64,000 nucleotides of DNA from NCBI RefSeq assembly GCF_963676685.1, contig NC_092352.1, forward strand, positions 3,968,001 through 4,032,000, read 5' to 3'. Source of the DNA: Mytilus edulis. Taxonomy: Eukaryota. The position numbers and the translations under genes are program-made. Below, piece after piece: positions 38,283-51,066 of the stretch. The notes below the pieces were generated by a model, which worked only from the letters and a program-made list of their open reading frames with translations, ran no database searches and was not told where the DNA came from. The first letter of the stretch is position 1, and each line of letters starts with the position of its first letter.

Positions 38283-38945
38283 GTCTTACCCATAACTACA
38301 GTTATGTCTCACTCTGTCCCATATCTTGACTTACATCAAGAAATTGACAATGAGGGTTTGTTGAAAACCAAACTTTACAACAAAAGAGATGATTTAAGCT
38401 TCCCAATTGTGAACTTTTCATTTCTAATTAGTAACATTCAAGCAGCGCCTACATACGGAGTATATGTATATCTCCCAATTGATACGATATTCCCGGGCTT
38501 ATATTTCCTATCATGATCTCACTGAAAGAGGGTTGCTCCTCACAAGGAAGCTATAAAACTAAGAATTCCAAACTAGGGAAGTTGATATCATCCATTCGAA
38601 AATTTTATGGACGTCATCACGAGTCGGTTGGCCGTTGTTGAATATCCCTTTCACAGATGATAGCGGATATGTTCCTATTGTCGTAAGTAAAATCCCGTCC
38701 TCTTTTCACGAATGTGACCTACCGAATGAGACTTGTTATCGGCTTTGTTCTAACACGAGCAACACGACGGAACACTTGAGATCTCCCCAGTTGTTGATGG
38801 TGTTCGTGAGGTTTGGCCTTTATTTTTCTATGTTGTGTTTTGTGTTCATACTATTGTTTGTCTGTTTGTCTTTTTTTTAAGCCATGGAGTTGTTGATTGA
38901 TTGATGAGTTTGAATATCCCTACAGGTATTTTTCGCCCCTCTTTC
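38283..38945 (+). mobile_element. PLE family 1 RT fragment plus 3' UTR (diverged)
   Basis: PYLDLHQEIDNEGLLKTKLYNKRDDLSFPIVNF; homologous to ~28550-29240. Confidence 0.82.
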
Positions 38946-38949
38946 AAAA

Positions 38950-39600
38950 ACGAACTGACAAGTCAATGGCAAAAATCGAAAATTGACGAAATTACAAAAA
39001 AAACTTTAACACAACGAAGAAAACTACCGACTCAGCAACACGAACACAACGAAAGAGCCGGGGCGATCTCTGGAAAAGTGAGCTGATCCTACTCTACGTA
39101 TGGCACCCGATGTTTTGCTCGTGTAAGTACAGACTCGGTGATTATCTAAAACGTTAGATCACTTTTGAGAAAAACACGACGGATTATTGCTGTGCCAATT
39201 GAAATATATAATTTATCGAATGATATCTGTTACAAAGATATCTTATATCTGATATCTCATATCGGTCAACCTTCTCGTGATGGCTTCCGTGAATTTTTTA
39301 AGGGATGGATTCCACTTCACTTCTTCAAACTCTTGGTTTAAAAGCTGTCTTGTTAGCAGCAACCCTATTTCGAAAATCATGATAAAAATGCAACATCAGA
39401 AATATCGTGTCAACTGATATATAAATTTCATATCCAGGCGCTTTTTGAATGTTGCAACATAGAAATTGAAAGTTCACAATTGGAAAGCTGAAGTCATCTC
39501 TTAGTGTTGTCGTAATGATTTAATTGTTAGCCAGCGGCCTCATTGACTTTTGCATACGTTAGACAAGATAAGTGGAATACTTAAGTGTATGTATTATATT
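38950..39600 (-). mobile_element. Older PLE RT fragment, tail-to-tail with the preceding copy
   Basis: Homologous to ~850-1475 (e.g. GTTCACAATTGGAAAGCTGAA, GCAACCC...AAAATCATGATA). Confidence 0.75.
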
Positions 39601-39706
39601 ATCCTTTATTATAGCAAGGATTTGTATAGTATCTTAATATACAAATCCTTGATTATAGGTTCGATTGGTAAAACTTTTAGGAAATTTTAATCCTCAATAC
39701 TCTTTA

Positions 39707-40015
39707 GGGAGCTACCATTTGATTTTTATGGGGGGGGGGGGGGGGGAGGGGGGGGGGGGGCTAGGATGAAAAATTTTGTCCTGCATTTTTTTTTAGCTGT
39801 AATCTCTGTCCTGCCTTTTTATTTTTCACTCTGTTCGGTCCTGCTTTTTTTTTTTTTACTTTATCCTGACTTATTATTACCTAAATTGTAGTCCTGACTT
39901 TTTTTTTGCAAGTGTCTCATCCTGCCTTTTTTTTTTACTCAAAACTCCTGTCCTGCCTATTTTTTTCAAATTCCATCCTAGCTCCCCCCCCCATAAAAAT
40001 CAAATGGTAGCTCCC
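39707..40015. mobile_element. Harbinger/Tourist-type MITE inserted in a hammerhead-bearing repeat
   Basis: Long TIRs GGGAGCTACCATTTGATTTTTATGGGGGG / CCCCCCATAAAAATCAAATGGTAGCTCCC, with a TTA TSD (39704-39706, 40016-40018). Confidence 0.92.
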
Positions 40016-40062
40016 TTAATTTCGTACTTTATTTGGATTTTTTTATATATTTTTTAATCAAT

Positions 40063-40103
40063 CGTCACTGGTGAGTCTTTTTAGACGAAACGCGCATCTG
40101 GTG
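40063..40103 (+). ncRNA. Type-I hammerhead copy with mutated core (CUGGUGA)
   Basis: cgtca-CTGGTGA-gtct(ttt)tagac-GAAA-cgcgcATC-tggtg; same family as 22352-22395. Confidence 0.6.
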
Positions 40104-40350
40104 CAAATACAAAATTTCTATCCTGGTATCTATGATGAGTTTATTTGGGTAAAAATTGATAAACTTTATTAAAATAATAAGTATATATTTTAAAGCCAAT
40201 CGGTTTGATTAAGGATGTTTGCTTGTCATGTTTTGGAATTTTTGTCAAATTTTCGAAATCCTCTATTTTTATCCATTTGAATACCTTAAACATTTTGCCC
40301 ATTGACCCCCATTTTTCTTTTTACATGTATAATTATAAGCCATTTGTAAA

Positions 40351-40518
40351 CAGTGGCGGATCCAGGGGGGGGGGGGGGGGGTCCGGGGGTGCGCATCCCT
40401 CCCTTTATTTTTGCCGATCAATGCATTTGTATCGGGACATATGTTTTGCACCCCCCCCTTTGCCCTGTTTGCCCTGGGTTAGCACCCCCCCTTTCGAAAA
40501 TTCCTGCATCCGCCCCTG
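40351..40518. mobile_element. hAT-like MITE with a 5-bp TSD
   Basis: Ends CAGTGGCGGAT / ATCCGCCCCTG; GTAAA is duplicated at 40346-40350 and 40519-40523. Confidence 0.8.
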
Positions 40519-41408
40519 GTAAAAGTCTTATAAAATCTTATTTATTTTTTAATAGTTTTTGAGAACTTTAACTGGTCAATGATAAAGCTATGAAAAACCA
40601 AGAGAGATCGTTTTACCGCTAATATCTCATAAACAAGCACATTGACCCTTATATATTTTTGGCTCTTTTTATTCCTCAATTTATCCCTTATCAATATATA
40701 CTAGTGTTATAGAAAGCTATTTATTTTGAAACTGAGCAGCGAACTTCCTGAAAGGAGTTGCATTCTTTTTAAAAGTATTTAGATTTTATAATTAAAAAAA
40801 ACGGATTCTAGAGGCTAATATGATATTTATGAATATCTAACAACGAATAAAGAACCGGTTGATAACTTCACATGCTTGTGTACTATGTGGTCTGAAGAAG
40901 TTGATAAAGATAATGAGGTACTCCATTACAGGCGACACTTTCATATCAAGGGAACAGTAAGTCAGTTTTTTGAGATAAAAAAATGTCGTTTCTTTCCCCA
41001 CTCCATCTCCTTCGCTGTCAGCCGTCAGAAATGAGTTCAAATGAATAAGTTTTTAATACTTACACAGTTATATAGGTAATGTTATATGAGAGACATGTGC
41101 AAATAGAAAGCACACATTTATACTTATAGAATTGTACGACAACAGTCATACTACACGGTTGTGCCACGTCTATCTAACTTTACATTGGAAAATAAAGGAC
41201 CTTGGCTGCCATCCATACCCTCATACATATGCATGTGTGTATTTTAACATGTCAATATACCAAACATTATTCTGGCTAGAAGTATGCTCGTCTTTTCTCT
41301 TACTTATAATACGTAAGATTCAGATTACCGAACGTCAAGAACTCTTTTGTACATGAAGGTACGTAAGTCGTGTGACGTCGGGGCAACTATTTGTTTACAT
41401 TGACGACA

Positions 41409-43681
41409 ATGGACTCTGATTTTAAGAATAAAAACGTCCCGGAAATCAAACAGTTCTTGAAAAACAGAGGTGTTAAAACAACGGGTTATAAAAAGAGTAA
41501 ATTAGTTGAATTAGCTGAAGAAGCGGAATTACAAAAGATTCCCGCCTTTGAACCCGATAATTACATATTCGCAAATAAAATACGGCGAACTGTAGATGGT
41601 GTCGAGTTGCCGCATCCCAAGACTGTTATTGATTGGTCTGATGATTTAAATACAATTCCAATAATTGAAGCGTTTGATGTTAATCATTATTTAAAAAACA
41701 TTTGTAACTGGACAAATGAACGTTTGAAAGGCTATAAAAATGACAACAGTTACCGTCTTCATTCTAATGGACATATCCGTGATGTTAGGCAGTCAAAATT
41801 TCACAGCGATATACACTATGTAAAAGCAGCATGTGTACCAGAAGAGAGACAGTCTGCTGACCCGTACGAAGTTTGGATAGTGGTCCTATTTGATGGGTCA
41901 ATACATTCAGCAGAATGTACATGTGTGGCGTAAGTTCTTACATGAATAATCCGAGTCCGAGGGTGTGGGTGCCGATGGGGTTTACAGAATAGAGAATAAT
42001 GGGGTGTTAAAATATAAAGAATAACGCAAGAAAATAATGAATAGATTGGTTAAAAAGTATGTTGAAAACAGAAAAGAATAATAATATCAAGAATACAGTT
42101 ATCAAGTACATGTAATTGTAGAATTCTGATTAGCCATATCTGTTTAAGATAAAAATGAAAGTAATGAGCCAGAAAAATTAAATAAAGATTAAAAAAGATG
42201 AATAATCACATCAAGAATTGCCAAAAAAATGTGTATTTTTATTATGTCATCTGTTTTTGATTTTTAACCTACATGGAATACCATATTATCAGTTCACTCC
42301 AAATTACTGTAAAGGGCACATAAAATTAATTTCCATTTTTTTCTCTCTCAGAATTATCACCTTCAAAAAAGAGATGCAAACAAGCGGGGATAGTCAATGT
42401 TGATTTTTCAGAGACAAAAGATTTTTTTTTTCAAGCAACTTTTTGTTTTTATTTTTTAAATATAGGGAAACATTGTTTTTTGAAAATGTTTAATCCCTCG
42501 AGCACTTCTAAAAAATGAATACTTCAGTGTATATAATTATTTTACAGTGGTGATGGAACATGTAAGCACGTGGCAGCACTCCTGTTCGGGATGCAAAGAT
42601 TTTGTCAGGATTTGTCCGATAGATCGGTTATTTCTGTTACTGACAAGGCTGCTAAATGGGTTAACCCAGTCAGAACATCAGCTCCAGTAAAAATAACCTC
42701 TTTAGACCTGAGGAGTGAGCCTACAGGACAACCACCAATCAAACCAACAAGTGACCATTATAGGCCTTCTTGTCATAACATGACACCACATGCTGTAGAA
42801 AAAGAAATGCTTCGGTTAATAAAATCAGAAAACTTACCAGCATGCGCAGCATATGTTCTGTCAGATAGCTCTGGTTCGGAGTATGATTTTGAGTGTTTGC
42901 CTGTCAACATACTAGATCTAGCAACACAATTTAATAATGATGATTCGTCAGATGATTCACTTGAATCTTTTATTGAGCACATACATAGAAATATCCCTGA
43001 TAATTATTTCACTGATATATTCGAAAAGACTGTCAGTCAGAGTGATAGTGATTTGTGGTTTTATCAGAGACATGGCAGAATAACAGCTTCCATTTTATAT
43101 AGTTGTCTTCATTTTTCAGGAAGAAACCCTGATGGCCATCTAGTCAAACTCATTTTAGGTCTTACAAACAGTGTTAATTCAGACTTGCCTGCTTTAAGAC
43201 ATGGAAAAAAATTTGAACATGTTGCTAGAGAGTCTTATATCTTCATGACAAAAAAAATTTGCATGATAATTTAGAATGTAAATTATCTGGGTTTGTAATT
43301 GACAACAACAGTCCTTACTTAGGTTGCTCTCCTGATGGTTTACTAGAGTGTAAATGCTGTGGACAAGGTTGTTTGGAAATAAAATGTCCATATAAATTTT
43401 CAGAAGAAACACCAATCAATGCTGCTTGTTTAGACAAAACAAACTTTCACATAGAAAATGATACTCCACTTATGAAGAGAAATGACACATCTCCGTATTA
43501 CTGTCAAATTCAATGTCAGCTTGCAGTTACTAAACGAAAATGGTGTGATTTTGTATTATTTACTTTTAAAGGTGTACATCATGAGAGAATACCATTTGAT
43601 GAACAATTTTGGTCTAATGTTTTTCCAAAACTTGCATCATTCTACAGTTCATATGTTCTACCAAAAATTCTGCTAGTATAG
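41409..43681 (+). CDS. Transposon accessory protein: SAP-like motif, SWIM zinc finger, YqaJ/lambda-exonuclease domain (~551 aa if the frameshift is repaired)
   Basis: Exon 1 is 41409-41929 and exon 2 is 42548-43681. The splice creates the SWIM motif CTCVAGDGTCKHVAALL. YqaJ motifs: GRITAS, HGKKFE, LGCSPDG, LEIKCP, YYCQIQCQL, WCDFV. A single -1 frameshift sits at the A8 run 43250-43257. Confidence 0.85.
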
Positions 43682-44233
43682 AGTCAGAATTACACATGTA
43701 CCAGTTGAATACTTTGTTTGAAGTTCATTACAATTCACAATATAAAACAGTGATAAAGTTTGGTTATATAATTTAATTTGATTAAACATAACTAAAATAA
43801 ACAATATTAAACATAATAAATATCATCTTTTATGTTAAGACAACTTATGATATATGTCGCTTTCAATATTTAAAACATTATCAGCTGATAATGTAAATAG
43901 TCTCTATTCTTCTAAATTTAGAAAAGACAACTCTTTCAAATGGGAGATAACCTACTATTGTGCATAGACGTGTACATCTGTTAGTTTTGTAATTTTGAAT
44001 ACATGATAAAGCCATATTTCCACTACTTATCGGTTTTTGAAAGAAAATTTTAGAACAGAATAATTCTCTTACTTAAGCTGTTGATTTTTTTTAATCAAGG
44101 AATATAATTTTTAGTATTAACATGAATCATAAAAGAAAAAAAGAAACACTGGATAAAAAATTGCCAATCATTGCTCCTTTAATTAATATATATGTCAAAT
44201 AAATTTCAAATGATTTATTAAACAAAACAAGTT

Positions 44234-47200
44234 TTATAACTTTTGAACTAATGGTTTCATCAGGTTACAAAAAAATCCTGCAACCTTAAGAGCCTGATTA
44301 GCAACAGAAAGTGAATTTATTGGCATAACACCACTTAAGAATTTATAAGATTTCAGTCTCTGGATTGATCTTTCTACATGTATTCTCAAAGAGGCTATGG
44401 ATTTTGATTCCTTAATCTCCTTTGCCGTAAGACATCGTCCTTTTCCATGTTTACATGGTCTGGTAAATGGTGGCATATTTAAGGTGGCACCTTTTGATAA
44501 TAATAAGTCTTTGATTAAAAAACCTCTGTCAGCCATTACATGATCCCCCTTTTCAATCAGATCAATGAATCCACTTCTTTCAGTAATGCTCCTATCAGAA
44601 ATGTTACCAGTCCATAAGTCAGATATAAACGAAAAAGCTCCATTTGGTGTTATACCTACAAGCGTTTTAAAAGTGTTCTTTGACTTGTAATTTGACCACG
44701 TTTTTGACTGTGCTGTTGGGTTTCTTGGTCTCTGCACATAAAATTCAGTAGCATCGATGATTACACGAGTGTTAGGATATTTTCTACGAAATGATAGAGG
44801 CATATGTTTTTTAATCTTTTCCTTAGATGGCCATTTAATAAGTGGTCCTAAACATTGTGCCATTAAAGATATCCAAGTCGTGAAAACCCTGCTAATTGTT
44901 GACTGTGAAACACCAAACAAAAGAGACAACACATATGTGTTTAGTCCTAGCCTCAACCTCAAAAGAGTTATAACAAATTCTTCAAAAAAAGTCAACTTCC
45001 TTGAAGCACCAGGTTTTTTCTTATTATTTACTTGCCATCTTTTACCGTCACTTGAGTCAGGACCCATCCAGTATTTCATTTTTGAAGCATGTCCTTCTAA
45101 TAATTTAAAAATTCCAAAAAGCATTGAAATACTTGGCAGTCCAAGAAAACATTTAACATTACTATTTGATTTAGTCAACTTTTCAACGAGTTTGTCCTTT
45201 AGCAGTTCATCTGTATTATTAAACTTCTCATTTAAAACTTTATTTTCCTCTTTGGTAGCATGTAGTTCAACTTGTAGCAATTTAACTTGCTTCCGTAGCT
45301 GGTTATTATCTGTCTCATATCTTTGACATTTTTGCTGTGAAAAAAAGTAATAATTATAAATACATAAATCAATGCAAACAATTTATGAAATTGTTTTTGT
45401 ATTTTTTGTTTACTTAAGTCAAGTTGGTAACAATAAAACAATACAGTTGTATGATTGATTGATTTTTGGTTGCTTAACATTCAGTGGCAAATATTTCATG
45501 CATGTTCAGAATGAAATACAGTTACACATGTATATGGTATAATGACTAAAAAAAAACATTTACATGTAATACTATATTTCAACATGTTCAAGTTGGATTA
45601 CAAATTTTAAAAGTAAATATATATTTAGTAAAATGTTTGAATAGATCATATTTAATATTGATGTATTAATTTGAATATAAAAGCACCTTGCTTCTTACAT
45701 TATATAATTTTTGATGTATGAACTGCCATCTAATAAATTAAAACGAATCAATTTTTGATTGAAATACATATTATTTCTATAGTTCATAAGAATAAGATTA
45801 AAAAATATCTTTTACATGGCTTTTGACTCTTATATCCAATGGAGGAATTTTCAATATCAGATAAAATCCAAATTAATTTCGTACCTCTAAGGTGTTGCTA
45901 TTTTCAATTAACATTACACATTTTTCCTCAATGGAGACATCTTCACTAACTTCAGTGCTAGTGCAATAAGTGTGGTCCAAACTTGGCTTTTCAATGTAGG
46001 AAATTACTGAAAGTAAGTAAATATGTACTATTTAAATTAGAATTATTTGACTACAATCAGTCAAGATCATAGACTGTTTGATTTAAAAGAATTAAACGTA
46101 CGAAATGTGCATGTAATTTAGAAAGTTGAAGTACAAAAATGTCATGAATGTAGGTAATCATTTTATAAATGGGAACTAGAACCATATGTTTAAGAGCCAT
46201 AACTCTCAGAACACATATCTTTTCTACTGGACCTTTAAGACTGTCCACCAGTATACCAGTTGATGGTGTACATGTAGTGTGCAGACAAAATTAATCTGAG
46301 ACTCATATTTATCTTTGCAAAATACTTTTTAAATTTTGTTTTTGAAGTTTAGTTTATTTTGTGATAAAATAATATTGGCAATTATTTTATCTTGAAATTG
46401 TGAAGATAAATTGTTTAAAATTTAATATATGACTTTTATATTTGTATTTTAATTAGAATTATATTATAATTGTTATAAAGCATTGTTTACTAATTGATTT
46501 TATGTGGTCATTGACTGATTAATCACAATTGTTATTGTTAAATTAAATTATGAAAACCATCCATGCATTTTAACTATAAATATATATATATGCCTATCAG
46601 AACATGCAGTCATACAATAGACTGACCCCTATGTTCCTTGGTTCAGTTACATGTACATGTAGCTCCCTCTGATTTAACAGTACCATGGTGGCACACTGAC
46701 TATTTAGTCATGACATCATTTTTTATTAGTTTTACTTAAAATTACCTGGAATATCTGGTATGTATTTCTTTTGTCTTGGTACTTTTGGCAGTTGTGAAAC
46801 TGTAACAATGTTTGCTGGTCTGTAAAATATATTAAAAAAAATAAATATATATATATCTTCATGTGCATACAGTCCAATATTTAAAAAACACTGTTCGTAA
46901 ACATGAAAACTTTTTTTTAAGTTGTCAAAGCTTATTATCTTGGAGCCTCGTAGACATAAGACGGGTAATTTCCGCCTCTTATAAACAGATAAAAGGGACA
47001 AACATCTGTTTTCTACCCCCCCCCCCCCCCCCCCCAACACACACACACAATTTTCTTTTACTGTTTCATCATAATAGGCAAACAAGACAAAAATATATTG
47101 AAGAATGAAAAAGGAAGAGGACACTAATTTCAACTATTTGTCACTTACTGTGTTGTCAATATCAATTGTTCAATGGGACGTAAGGTACTGTTCTTGGTGT

Positions 47201-47510
47201 CTCTTGGTGTTCCAGTTTTGTAGTTGTTGTAGGCAAATAGGGTTGGGACTGCATTTTCCTTCGTAGGTCTTCCTTCAATAAAATGACGGGAGCAAAGTGC
47301 ATGCCAGTGACAATTTGGGTCGGGATTGAACCCTTCCCTTCTTATCTGAGACAACCAGAGCTTCCTTAGTTTAGGATTCTTTATGACTGAAGGAAGTACA
47401 TGAAAGTCGACGATACATCCATTTAAAATCATATCAGGATACTTTACAGCATTATGTTTCTTTCGTGAATCGTTGGAGCAACCCTCCGCTATGCAGTGAA
47501 AATTCACCAT
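44234..47510 (-). CDS. THAP-domain Harbinger-like DDE transposase (THAP, DHTY motif, coiled coil, HTH_Tnp_4, DDE_Tnp_4; 552 aa)
   Basis: Exons 47510-47149 (THAP: CIAEGC, W, LCSRHF, AVPTLF), 46819-46746, 46006-45885 and 45334-44234 total 1659 nt in one open frame. The catalytic motifs IIDATE, ADRGF and RIHVER are intact. Confidence 0.92.
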
Positions 47511-49233
47511 GCTTCTTTTCGAAGCTTTACCGCTCAAAAACTATCATAATAATTTTACATGACGTACATTTTATACATGTGTTTTGACACAAAACATGCC
47601 CATAATAACGCAAAATCTCGCAGTAAACGTTATCACTAGGGCGAGACTAACGGTAACCTCAAATACGGAACGGATAATCTGAATCTTACGTATTGAAGCA
47701 TGCTTAGCAGAGAAGCAGTTCTGTATATAACCTTGTGTATTGTATTTTCTACCTACTAGCATGTTTTTCCGAATTTCCCTTTTATATGTTTGGACATAGA
47801 CATGTTTTATATTTTCAAAGTCACTAGTATACTTGTGCATAAAATAATTGTATCTGAAATATATTTCGATCTCTAATTTATTTTTTATTTGAGTTCATTA
47901 GATCGATGGCACCTTTGTTGACAAAAACAAGCGTCTTGTGTTTTCGACCTATCTAAGAAACGGGTCTAAAGTCGGAAATGACATGTCGTACAAATCCGGA
48001 ATAGGTTATAAACTTGAAACCATAGTTTATATCAAAGTGTTAGAGGCGATCAAATTTATGACTTGATGAATTAAATGCAGTAACATATATACAACTATAA
48101 GATATAAAATATTATTTTGATATCTTTTTTAGACAAGTTGTACACATTTCAAAATGAGGCACTTTGGAAGCCTTGTGTGGTCTTGTATATATTCATGTTT
48201 TTGTTTAATACTTTAGTTAATGCATTGTGAAGTGAGGTTGGTGAGTATTGTTTTTAATTTCCACTGCCAGACTTTTTTTTCTGTATATAAAAATTAACTG
48301 ATATTTTATTTTTTGGTAAAAAGCTGTAAAGAGCATGCATATTTCCATATTCAAATTACCTTTAAGTATTAAATCTAACCACATGACAGTCATGTGACTT
48401 AATGACCTTGAAGGTAACTTTGCATGCAAAAAGACCTCTGCCATTTTTTTAGATTTTTTTTTTATAACAGATCTTTTCTTTTGGAAGGTTAAACTAGTAT
48501 TAGTGAAATTGTACAAAAATTGATATCAAATAAAAAATCGAAAATACTTAATTATAATAACTTTATTTGTAAAATCTTCACCCACACGTGTAATCATTTG
48601 CTATAGTTACTAAGTATAGCAGCCAAATATGATGTCACACGGGCGTGAAAGTAGAATTAGGTCGAAAACGTAAGACGGTCGAAAACACAATACGAGACGA
48701 TAATACCAATTTTCTCGACCTATCATCCTGGATGTCTGGTGTGAATTATTTATAGCTAAATTATAAGATATTTATATCTGTTTATAGAAAAATGATTGCC
48801 AATGAGACAACTCCCCACAAGAGACTAAAATGACATAGAATAGTGCAATGATCTATAAATTTGTATGGATATATATGTGCCTTGTCCAAAGCCATCTTAT
48901 CTTCAGATTTTAGAGGATAATAATGCTGTTTTCATCATGTTCATATTAGATTTGAACAATTTGCTTATTTAGAAGATAACTGTATTGTATTTTAAGCTCA
49001 ATTGATGCCATGTAAATAAGTGACGTTATCCAATCAAAATTAACGTTACAAACGTTGTTGCATCAGAATACCCTGTTGATGCAGGATGACATGTTATGAA
49101 GCATACAATATCCAGAAAATTTGGTTATCTGAAAATAATAATCATGCATGATAATAAGGACTTTGTCACCTGCCTAGATACATTTGTGTCATCACATGTA
49201 ACTATATTCCAGAAGTTTGATATTGCATATACA

Positions 49234-50239
49234 TATTAGGATGTCATCTACAGGTATTATTAGGATGTCATATACATGTATTATTAGGATGTCATCTACA
49301 GGTATTATTAGGATGTCATCTACAGGTATTATTAGGATTTTAACTACAGGTATTATTAGGATGTCATATACAGGTATTATTAGGATGTCAACTACAGGTA
49401 TTATTAGGATGTCAACTACAGGTATTATTAGGATGTCATCTACAGGTATTATTAGGATGTCATATACATGTATTATTAGGATGTCAACTACAGGTATTAT
49501 TAGGATGTCATATACAGGTATTATTAGGATGTCATCTACAGGTATTATTAGGATGTCATCTACAGGTATTATTAGGATGTCATATACATGTATTATTAGG
49601 ATGTCATCTACAGGTATTATTAGGATGTCATCTACAGGTATTATTAGGATGTCAACTACAGGTATTATTAGGATGTCATATACAGGTATTATTAGGATGT
49701 CAACTACAGGTATTATTAGGATGTCAACTACAGGTATTATTAGGATGTCATCTACAGGTATTATTAGGATGTCAACTACAGGTATTATTAGGATGTCATA
49801 TACATGTATTATTAGGATGTCATCTACCCGGTACATGTATTATTAGGATGTCATCTACAGGTATTATTAGGATGTCAACTACAGGTATTATTAGGATGTC
49901 ATATACATGTATTATTAGGATGTCATCTACCCGGTATATGTATTATTAGGATGTCATCTACAGGTATTATTAGGATGTCAACTACAGGTATTATTAGGAT
50001 GTCATATACATGTATTATTAGGATGTCATCTACCCGGTACATGTATTATTAGGATGTCATATACAGGTATTATTAGGATGTCATATACAGGTATTATTAG
50101 GATGTCATATACAGGTATTATTAGGATGTCATATACAGGTATTATTAGGATGTCAACTACAGGTATTATTAGGATGTCATCTACAGGTATGATTAGGATG
50201 TCATCTACATGTATTATTAGGATGTCAACTACAGGTATT
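49234..50239. repeat. 24-bp minisatellite (TATTAGGATGTCA[TC/AC/TA]TACA[G/T]GTAT), ~41 copies
   Basis: Contiguous tandem units with a few variant types. Confidence 0.97.
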
Positions 50240-51066
50240 GTGATTGTTTGTTTTTATCAGCTTATCTCATTAGATTAATTAGTCAAAAGTAAAAGACTTC
50301 TTTTGATAACTGTTCATAATGCTAAAATATTCTGGATTTTTTCTATACAACTAGTGTATCATATATATCTTAGTTTTACTTTACTATTATTGTATCATGT
50401 ATCTTGGTTTCACTATATATACAACTAGTGTATCATATGCATGTATTTTGGTTTTACCATACAACTAGTGTATCATGTACATGTATCTTAGTTTTACTAT
50501 CAAACTAGTATGTAGCTATTTTACTAAATTTTCCTTTGATCTTAATGACTGATAATTTTCTATCTCAGCTCAGTACAGTGATATGAAAAAATATCACTAG
50601 AAACTCAGTGCATACTTGCTGTTGTCATTGAAATTAACAAAGTCATCATACATTGTAGGTAAAATGCCTGTCCCAAGTCAGGAGCCTATAATTCAGTGGT
50701 TGTTGTTTGTTTATGTGTTACATATTTGTTTTTTGTTCATGTTTTTATATAAATAAGGCCGTTAGTTTTCTCGTTTGAATTGTTTTACATTGTCTTATCA
50801 GGGCCTTTTATAGCTGACTATGCAGTATGGGTTTTGGTCATTGTTGAAGGCTGTACGGTGACCTATAGTTGTTTATGTCTGTGTCATTTTGGTCTCTTGT
50901 GGACAGTTGTCTCATTGGCAATCATACCACATCTTATTTTTATATAGATTATCATTGGACATGTATCTTAACTTTATTGCTTTTCTCACTTTTGCCTCAC
51001 TGACTCAAGCTAGAAAATCAATCTCAATGAGATGATCAATGATAATCTAATATAGTACATGTATCA

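Larger units (their letters stand above)
41311..47691. mobile_element. ISL2EU-type (PIF/Harbinger-related) autonomous DNA transposon
   Basis: Perfect 17-bp TIRs ACGTAAGATTCAGATTA (41311-41327 / 47675-47691) flanked by AT on both sides. It encloses exactly two convergent genes: a DDE_Tnp_4 transposase and a YqaJ exonuclease. Confidence 0.9.

Noticed and set aside
44757-45326. 189-aa plus-strand ORF
   Set aside because: It is the antisense shadow of the transposase exon.
49192-49846. 214-aa and 209-aa ORFs on both strands
   Set aside because: They are artefacts of a stop-free 24-bp minisatellite, with no non-repeat coding context.
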